A stretch of 64,000 bases of DNA from Rhynchobatus australiae (lineage: Eukaryota): assembly GCA_034780895.1 (NCBI GenBank), contig JAUZTB010000070.1, positions 29,437,291-29,501,290 of the forward strand, given 5' to 3'. Of this stretch, positions 52,740-61,329 are shown piece after piece; the first letter of the stretch is position 1, and every line of letters begins with the position of its first letter. A model generated the notes under the pieces. It was not told where the DNA came from and did no database searches. It worked only from the letters and a program-made list of their open reading frames with translations. Made by a program: the position numbers and the translations under genes.

Positions 52740-52804
52740 CTAATAGAGGAAGCTCAGCTGGCAGCCCACAAACCTGTGATGCACTGGGAAAGGCTCTAGC
52801 TTCG
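52740..52804 (+). CDS. TCF3: TCF3 exon 12 homolog (65 nt; (T)NRGSSAGSPQTCDALGKALAS)
   Basis: Acceptor tctcttctggtttcag, donor TCG|gtaagc, phase 1 to 0. DALGKALAS helix of the AD3/DES region. Confidence 0.96.
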
Positions 52805-53049
52805 GTAAGCTTACGTAATAAGTCATATTAAAGTAAGGGTTTAATTAACACCCTTTAATTGACATGAATACGGCTTATTTGCATGGATTAGAATTTTTTA
52901 TGTAGCTTAAAATTAGAATATTTGCAATATTTACCATCCACATTTCTAGTATCAGTATGCAGTGTCAATTTAATGTTTGAAGGTGCAGTTATGTATATAG
53001 TGCTCTTGTGTTACAATCAAATAACTTGAGTATTGGGACTATTTTCCAG

Positions 53050-53128
53050 ATCTATTCACCAGATCATACTAGCAATAACTTCCATTCAAATCCATCAACA
53101 CCAGTTGGCTCCCCACAGGCAATTGCAG
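53050..53128 (+). CDS. TCF3: TCF3 exon 13 homolog (79 nt; [26 protein letters not shown])
   Basis: Acceptor attttccag, donor CAG|gtattt, phase 0 to 1. Conserved IYSPDH and PSTPVGSP (proline-directed phosphosite cluster). Confidence 0.97.
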
Positions 53129-53346
53129 GTATTTGTGTTATTTTTCCCAGTGGTCTAAGACATGGTCATACAATTTGGAAAAAGCATTTCTGTTAAATTA
53201 CTGTGTGTATAAGTAGTACAGCTGCTTCCATCTGGAGGTAGATGGTGCTATTGCACCACCCAGTGTTCAAGATTGAAACTGCGTGCCCACTGCAGTTTTA
53301 TTTCGGTTTTTTACTTGAATGAGACTGGTTGTCTGTCATTTTACAG

Positions 53347-53420
53347 GTACAGGTCAGTGGTCAAGAACTGGGGGCCAAGGTGCATTGTCACCAAGTTATG
53401 AAGGGACGCTACATAACCTG
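53347..53420 (+). CDS. TCF3: TCF3 exon 14 homolog (74 nt; (G)TGQWSRTGGQGALSPSYEGTLHNL)
   Basis: Acceptor tgtcattttacag, donor CTG|gtagga, phase 1 to 0. Aligns to human [25 protein letters not shown]. Confidence 0.95.
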
Positions 53421-54793
53421 GTAGGATTTTTGTTGTTTTAATTTTAAATAACTTCAATGCAACAATAATGGCTTCAAAGAGAATGTATGACCTGTACAAC
53501 CCATTAAGTATTTAGTTTGAAAATAATTATTAATAGATCTCTGCTAAAGTGATACCCAAGGAGTAAAACAAATTTGTGTATGTTTTGTGGGGTTTTTTGT
53601 AGAACAAAAATTCCATGAAATCTTTTGGCTTTGTTTTCCATTCAATTACTTTGTTCCATGTACTGATTCCCTAAATTTAGTAGAAATTTAGTATTGAAGG
53701 TTTTTTAATTGTCCACAGCTTTCAAGTTAGACATCTCCTCTTAGAGGGACGGTGACCTCACTTCACTCCAAAGTAGCCCAGCTCCTGTTTGGATTCTCCC
53801 AGCTGGAGAAATAGTTGCCCTTTATTGACCCTCTTTAAATCCCATGACTGTTCAAAACTTTCCTAATCAAAACTTTAATTTTCAGCCTCCCCAACCTCCC
53901 AGTGAAGAAAAGCCGAGTTCATACAACTTAGGCTCATAATTTAAGTCCAAGTTCTGATGTCATTTCTTGTACTCCTGCACTGTCCCCTGTGAGACCAGTA
54001 TATCTTTCCTGACTTTGGCACTCAGAAGAGTAATCCACAGATCTTGCTCTGTACAGCTGAAGAACATTAAAACATCAGCTCTGTTTTGCTAAAGCTGACC
54101 ATTTGAGTTTCTGGTAGTCTCGCTACCCCCTCAAACCTGGTTCAGAAGTGCCTAATAAACCAACTTGGCCCTGATTTGGGCTTCCTCCTCCCCATGCAGT
54201 TCTGTACGATATCCTCTTTGCCACCCACGACTCATGTGTACACCTACTGTTCTTGAGACACAAGCTCGCCTTCAGCACAGAGTCTGATAACTTAACTACC
54301 TTCCTTGTTGGCCTTTCACCTCTGTCACCCCTGCCCACAAACATCACCATTGGTTAAAAACATTGCCACGTCCCCAGCATCACCACCTGAACTCTAGTGG
54401 ATCACTTCTTGTTCGTGTCCAACATCCACCCTATCTCTGAAATGTTCACCAGCCACACAGTGGAGAACAAATAATGTCCTGGCTCTAAATCTTGGCGCAT
54501 GGTTGCTGCCAGTTCTCCTGTGTTCAGTGCCTGTTAGGCTGCAGTGTTCTTTTCCCTCCTGATCTTGCCCCTTTTTGTTTCTCAATCTGGTTTCAAAACG
54601 TTCTTGCTTTGTGCTTTCTCTTGTAACCTTGGAACACCCCAAAACGTCTTCACAAACTTGAGGTCCTGTTGGAACCATAGAACAATACAGCACAATACAG
54701 GCCCTTCGGCCCACCGTGTTGTGCCACCCATCAAACCACACCTCTCACTATCTAACCCTTTCCTCCCACATATCCCTCTATCCCACATTCCTC

Positions 54794-55636
54794 NNNNNNN
54801 NNNNNNNNNNNNNNNNNNNNNNNNNNNNNNNNNNNNNNNNNNNNNNNNNNNNNNNNNNNNNNNNNNNNNNNNNNNNNNNNNNNNNNNNNNNNNNNNNNNN
54901 NNNNNNNNNNNNNNNNNNNNNNNNNNNNNNNNNNNNNNNNNNNNNNNNNNNNNNNNNNNNNNNNNNNNNNNNNNNNNNNNNNNNNNNNNNNNNNNNNNNN
55001 NNNNNNNNNNNNNNNNNNNNNNNNNNNNNNNNNNNNNNNNNNNNNNNNNNNNNNNNNNNNNNNNNNNNNNNNNNNNNNNNNNNNNNNNNNNNNNNNNNNN
55101 NNNNNNNNNNNNNNNNNNNNNNNNNNNNNNNNNNNNNNNNNNNNNNNNNNNNNNNNNNNNNNNNNNNNNNNNNNNNNNNNNNNNNNNNNNNNNNNNNNNN
55201 NNNNNNNNNNNNNNNNNNNNNNNNNNNNNNNNNNNNNNNNNNNNNNNNNNNNNNNNNNNNNNNNNNNNNNNNNNNNNNNNNNNNNNNNNNNNNNNNNNNN
55301 NNNNNNNNNNNNNNNNNNNNNNNNNNNNNNNNNNNNNNNNNNNNNNNNNNNNNNNNNNNNNNNNNNNNNNNNNNNNNNNNNNNNNNNNNNNNNNNNNNNN
55401 NNNNNNNNNNNNNNNNNNNNNNNNNNNNNNNNNNNNNNNNNNNNNNNNNNNNNNNNNNNNNNNNNNNNNNNNNNNNNNNNNNNNNNNNNNNNNNNNNNNN
55501 NNNNNNNNNNNNNNNNNNNNNNNNNNNNNNNNNNNNNNNNNNNNNNNNNNNNNNNNNNNNNNNNNNNNNNNNNNNNNNNNNNNNNNNNNNNNNNNNNNNN
55601 NNNNNNNNNNNNNNNNNNNNNNNNNNNNNNNNNNNN
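54794..55636. other. Assembly gap (largest of many N runs)
   Basis: Run of N. Confidence 0.99.
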
Positions 55637-58126
55637 AGTAAAGATCTTCATCACTTCATCTAGTCCTTGCATCACGTTCAGAAACCCAGTTTCAGACATT
55701 TGCTCTTTGGGAGGGGAGAATAATTCAACAAAAGTGTTCTAGGCTTCACTGTTCAGTTCATTTCACTTTGGATTGTTTAGTGGCTTAATCGATATTTTGT
55801 TTTTAAGTTTGTCTTTCATTATTTGACTTTTATCTCTCTCTGCTTTTTGCTTAAGATACTGTTTGTATTGTGGTCAACCCCAACTTTTGTCACCCTTAGC
55901 CAATCACAGCTTATCTTGGTCTCTGAGAGAAGTTAGAAATGTATACATCCAGAAAATGAGCAGGACAAATTCGTGTAACTTCCTACAATGTATAAACTAT
56001 TCCAAACTAGGCTTGCTGTAAATTCTTGACCTGAGAGAGCCTACTGAGTGACTGTAAATATAAATCAACAGCATCCACAAAGTATTTCATTTGTATGGAT
56101 TTGTTTTGAATTGAAATTACTTTAGAGCTGAAACGTAGTTTTGTGAATTAAGTAACTGTGACAGACCAGTTGTAGTGATCCAGTTTGTTAGGTGGCTCTC
56201 TCCCTGGCATTGGTGTAGAACAGACTAATCGTTAAAATGGGCATTCTTCACTCAAATGGACAATGTGCAACTGTAGCTGTGGGTAGGAGCGATAGCTTGT
56301 AGCTGTGTGGACAGGGCAGAGGGACCTGCCAGTTGGCGTTCTGTTACAGAGATGGATATCCTTGGCATCTTGTTCAGAGTCAGGGTTGCGTTCCAGTGTA
56401 ACTGTTACTGAATTTAAAGAGAAGGAAAAAAATGTGCATTTGACAACCTCCTTCATGACCACAGCATGCCTTAGCCGGACAGGTAACTCTTCGAAAGTAC
56501 AATGTTGTAATGTAGCTAAATTACACGCCGCCAGGTCTTGCAAATGGCAGTGAAATATGTGACTGGATCATTTTCTTTGAAACTTTTGTTTTATTCAGAA
56601 GTGAGCATTAGCCAGTTCTTCATGGGATCTATCTTCCATTCACCCAAGTATAGAAAGGACCTATTAAATTTTTAAAATTTTATCTACAGCGTGGTAACAG
56701 GTCCTTCCAGCCCAACAAGTCCGCGCCACCCATTTTAAACCCATGTTAACCTACCCGTATGTCTTTGGAATGTGCGTGGAAACCGGAGCACCCGGAAGAA
56801 ACCCACACAGACACGGGAGAACGTACAAACTCTTTACAGACAGCGACGGGAATCGAACCCCGATCGCCAGAACTGTAATGTCGTCACACTAACCGCTACG
56901 TTACCATGCTGTCCTTAAGTCAGCACCTGAACAGGGACCTGAACCCTGGACCCTCAGATTAAACATCTGATGCTCTACTGACTGAGCTACCCAGGCTTCG
57001 TGTTCGATGTTTCATTCAAAAGACAGCACCTCTGACAGATTAGCTTTCCTTCAGTACTGCACTATTTTTATTTAGTTCTTCTGCCTTTTAAATATCACAG
57101 TTTCAATAAATCACCTATATCCTGTGTATTTTAGATTTTCCTATAAGTTGTTGGATCCAGTTATTTTCGAATCCGCACGTGCTTCCAGGAGTCCAAGAAT
57201 GAGTTGGAAACAACTTCATAAAGTTTTACTGGAAAAGTTTAAAACAAAAACAGTCACAGAGCACACGGCACTGGCTTTACTACTAGGAGATGAGCCGAGA
57301 CAAAGGAACTATAGATGAGCTAGGGAAAGGAAGAGAGCAAGAGTGTGATTAACAGAACGTGACACCTCTTATCTCAGGTATAAAAGGTACTCTTCAGGCA
57401 ATCAGGAAACCTATTAGATACCTGTGGCAAAACCAACCAATGAAAAAGCACATATTGACCTGATGGATGAACCAATAAGCTAGGAAGCAGCCATTCCTTG
57501 TGCAGTCACTTGAGGTGTATTAAACACTAAACATGTTTGATTTTTTAAAAAAAACACTACGAAAAACAGCAGAATCCAACAAAGTGCTACTTTGCTTTGC
57601 TAAGAGAAAGCAGAGTTTGGACAAATGGGCCCCATCCTGTTGGTGATCTATAACTGGGTTGCTATAGACTCCAGTTATTTACAATTTATAGTCGTGAGTT
57701 AGAGGCTGGGTATTTTGTAGCCATATTAACCAACAATTCAAAGATTAGTGAAGAGCAAAGTAGGAGAGTTTGCAAAGGAACATTGGTTAAGTGAGTGGCT
57801 GGTTGGGCTTTGCTGATCAAAGTTTAGAAGAATGGGCAGTGATCTCATCGAAATGCAAGATTCTGAGGGATTTGACTGGCAGACGCTTCTCCTGGAAAAG
57901 TCTAGAACTTAGGAGGCCCAGTTCCAGAATAAAGGAAAACCCCTTTCAAATAGATGACTTNNNNNNNNNNGGGTTCTGGGGAAAAGGCAGGTAGGTGGAG
58001 CTGGGGCCATGGTCAGATGATCCGTGGGGGGCGGGGGCCTTACGGGCAAACTCCTCTGTTTCTTCAGGTGCAAGCTTTTGGAAAGTGCTAGACCCTTCTA
58101 TCTCATGCTGTTGTCTTTTGATCCAG

Positions 58127-58247
58127 GTTGGACCTCATGAAGAAGGCTCTGGAATCTCCAGCAACCCTAGTGTTCTGCCTAACTGTGTACTGCCATCACA
58201 GTCCACTGCACTGTCAGACCTTAATCGGCCTCAAGAAACTTACAGTG
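58127..58247 (+). CDS. TCF3: TCF3 exon 16 homolog (121 nt; [40 protein letters not shown])
   Basis: Acceptor ttgtcttttgatccag, donor GTG|gttagt, phase 0 to 1. Aligns to human VGGSHPEDG...LPSQPGTLPDLSRPPDSYS. Confidence 0.92.
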
Positions 58248-58808
58248 GTTAGTATGCACCTGTGTTATAAAGCACGTCGTTGCATTTGCATTTAGTTCTT
58301 TTAAATTGGATGCTAATTTGTGAAATGATTTTGTAAAAGGGTGGAATGCTTTGGAGCTTCAATCTGATGCATCGCAGCTTATTGTTAATGTCCCACCCGG
58401 ATGTGCAGTTGGGAGATAAAACAGTCTGTGAAAAAGGGATCCCTGTAGAAAGCACTCGCGACCAGATGCGCTAGTTGAAATCTGGAGCATGTGGATTGTC
58501 TGCTCACTTGGCGGAGGGTTTGGTGATCGGAAGAGAACCTACCTTTGAAGTGCACTTTCTGAATAATCTATGAATTTACAGGGAGGTTTGATGAATTCCA
58601 GGGATAGGGCAACGAAGAGCATTTGCCCACTGCATCCTCCAGTGTACAAGCTGAGGGGAAGATGTCCTGGATGAGGTCACATCAGCTGCAGATGTTGCAC
58701 TGTAATATCATCTCAGTCATTCTGGTACTTGGGAAAGTGGTTTACCTTCAGTTTAGGTCATGAAGCCTGATTAGTTTAGCCTGAATATCTGCAGCTTGGT
58801 AGACGTTT

Positions 58809-59093
58809 AAGATAAGATGTCTTTATTAGTCATATGTACACCGAAACACGCTGAAATATCTTCTGTGTAGTGTTCTGGGGGCAGCCCGCAAGTGTCACCA
58901 CGCTTCCAGCACCAACATAGCACGCCCACAACTTCCTAACCCGTACATCTTTGGAATGTGGGAGTAAGCCGGAGCACCCGGAGGAAACCCACGGGGAGAA
59001 CGTACAAACTCCTTACTGACAGCGGCTGGAATTGAACCCAGGTCGCTGGCGCTATAAAGCATTTCGCTAACTGCTATACTACCGTGCCTGCCC
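58809..59093 (-). mobile_element. V-SINE, full length, Rex1/Babar-type tail; partial relative at 63080-63270
   Basis: The minus strand starts gggcaggcacggtagtatagcagttagcg (A-box region), then ggttcaattcc (B-box), the V-domain, and tail tgtacatatgactaataaagac(atctt)n. Confidence 0.88.
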
Positions 59094-60594
59094 TAAATAT
59101 GATTAAGACCCATCTGTTTGTAGCCTCCCTTCTGCATTCCTGTGGTACCTCCGCCTTAAGAATATTCATTGGGTCTGCTTCCACCACTCTTTCAGGAAGA
59201 GAGTTCCAAAGACTCTCGACTCTCTGAGAGATTAAATAAACAGTGCTGGGGACAAATCGGCATAAGAACATGAAAAGCAAGAGCAAGAGTCAACCTTATT
59301 TCCTCACAGAGTCTGCTCTGCCTTTCAATAATGTCTGATCTATTCTTGGCCTCAGTTTCAATTTCCTATCTGCACCCCATCACAACTATCATGACCTTTC
59401 ATCTCACAGCTCAGCACAACTTTGTTTTTCTCTTTCAGTTGCCCCAGTTCACCTCTCTGTATATATACGTCCAGCATTAGAATTGAGTTATTATTGTCAA
59501 GTGTACCCAGGTACAGTGAAGAACTTGTCCTGCATACCGTTCATACAGATCATTTCATTACACAGTGCATCAAGGTAATACAAGAAGACTTAGATTTAAA
59601 AGAGTAGAATGGTTATAATAGAAGTAATGAGTGACTCTGCAGAGGGCAGCTTGCAATGAGTGGCCATTCTCTGGCACAATCTTGATCAGCTGTGATTAAC
59701 AAGCATTCATCACCCTCTCTTAGATGGCATTGACCGCACTTGTGTCACCTGGACCTTGTTTTGAATGGAGGCACCAGAGCCTGCAGATTCTGGAATCTGG
59801 AGCAAAAAGTCAAACTATTGGAGGAACTCAGTTGGGGGATGAAGCATCTGTGGAACGACACACACAAAATGCTGGAGGAACTCAGCAGGTCAGGCAGCAT
59901 CCATGGAGGGAAATAAACAGTCGAGGTTTCAGGGTCTCCAGCATTTTGTGTGTGTCGCTCCAGTTTTCCAGCATCTGCAGAATCTCTTGTGTCTCCATCT
60001 GTGGAGGGAAATGGACTGTTAATGTTTCATCCATACTGAAAGAATATAGAGGGGAGATAGCTGGTATAAAAAGCTGACGGGAAGGGGTGGGGCAGGAGCT
60101 TCCAAGCGACAGGTGGATCCAGGTGAGGAGGGGTTGATTGGCAGATGGAGCCAGGTGGGGGAGGGAAGGATGGAGATAGCGACAGAGGCTGCCAAGTGAT
60201 TGGTGGAAGCAACAAGGAGCTGCAGATCATGGAATCCGATAAGACCGGAAGGTGGAACCAAATAAAAGAGGGGTGGTGGGCAGATGGGATAGGGGACCCA
60301 GTGGGGTGACAGGCGGATGGAGTCGCTGAGGGAGGGGAANNNNNNNNNNNNNNNNNNNNNNNNNNNNNNNNNNNNNNNNNNNNNNNNNNNNNNNNNNNNN
60401 NNNNNNNNNNNNNNNNNNNNNNNNNNNNNNNNNNNNNNNACGTGCTCTGTTTTCTTTTGCCCCTCCCTCCCTAGGCTTGATGCTTTCCTCCTGGAGTTCA
60501 AGGGTAGTCTGTGATGTTGAGTCAAGTAACAATGAAGAAAGATAATGTAACTCACTTATTTCAGGGTTTGTGTCCAAGACTCCCCTTTGCTTGG

Positions 60595-60870
60595 CCTGGA
60601 AGCACAAACCACCAGGCTCAAGGATGGCTTCTGTCCCGCTGTTGTAAGACTGTTGAATGGTTCCCTTGTACAATAAGATGAACTCTTGACCTCACAATCT
60701 ACCTCGTTATGGCCTTGTACCTTATTGTCTGCCTGCACTGCACTTTCTCTAACACTTTGATTCTGCACTCTGTTACTGTTTTCTCTTGAACTACTACAAT
60801 GTGCTGTTGTAATGAAATGACCTGTATGGATGGCACGCTAAACCTCAGTACATGTGACAATAATAAACCA
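60595..60870 (+). mobile_element. Rex1/Babar 3' tail in sense orientation
   Basis: accaccaggctcaaggatggcttctgtccc...acatgtgacaataataaacc. Confidence 0.8.
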
Positions 60871-61166
60871 ATCTAGCCAAACAAGACTTGAGCTTTTGGA
60901 GAGTTCCTTCCTGTTTTTACCCTATCAGCTGCATAACCACTCCCTTTATAATAAGCCACACAGTAATTCCCCCCGGCTATAAATGTCAACTATTCCTTTG
61001 CCGCCCCAGATGCTGCCTGATCCAAGTTTTTCTGGCCGTCTTTTTTGCTCCAGGTTACGGGATCTGCAGTCCCTTGTGTCTCCTTCCTGTGACTTTCATT
61101 GTCCTGGTTGATTGATCAGTGCTTATATTCTGACATGTAACTTTAGTGATTTTATTCCTTGTGCAG

Positions 61167-61329
61167 GAATGACCAGTGGTCTGCAGAGATCAAATGCTAG
61201 TCAGTCTACTGCGGATATAAAACGAGAAGAGAAAGAGGATGACGAAAACCACAATTCCTCGGGTTCAGAAGAGAAATCAGATGATGAGAGGAAAGATTCC
61301 AAAATGTCATCAAGGGCATCAAGAACAAG
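61167..61329 (+). CDS. TCF3: TCF3 exon 17 homolog (163 nt; (G)MTSGLQRSNASQSTADIKREEKEDDENHNSSGSEEKSDDERKDSKMSSRASRT)
   Basis: Acceptor ttttattccttgtgcag, donor AAG|gtatta, phase 1 to 2, as expected before the bHLH exon. IKREEKED(D/E)EN is typical of TCF3. Confidence 0.95.

Larger units (their letters stand above)
20372..61329 (+). other. TCF3: TCF3/E2A gene, internal portion (11 visible coding exons, homologous to human exons 6-14, 16, 17)
   Basis: The spliced translation is an E-protein: PKKVRKVPPGLPSSVY, DALGKALASIYSPDH, STPVGSP. TCF3-diagnostic segments are [40 protein letters not shown] and IKREEKEDDEN. Exon lengths 68/50/103/79/74 nt match the human TCF3 exons as I recall them. All junction phases are compatible. 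Confidence 0.9.

Noticed and set aside
54544-55699. Long ORFs (315-365 aa) and other X-rich ORFs in the track
   Set aside because: They are artefacts of translating through N runs.
57190-57245. aagaatgagttggaaacaacttcat reads loosely like the TCF12 cassette exon KNRVEQQLH in the equivalent intron
   Set aside because: It needs frameshifts, has a stop in the KN frame and lacks fitting splice sites. Most likely coincidence.
58990-59093. tRNA-like A/B boxes
   Set aside because: These are SINE heads attached to a V-domain, not tRNA genes.
61318-61329. Possible TCF4-style +/-RSRS alternative donor 12 nt inside exon 17
   Set aside because: The homologous position reads AT, not GT, so there is no in-frame alternative donor.
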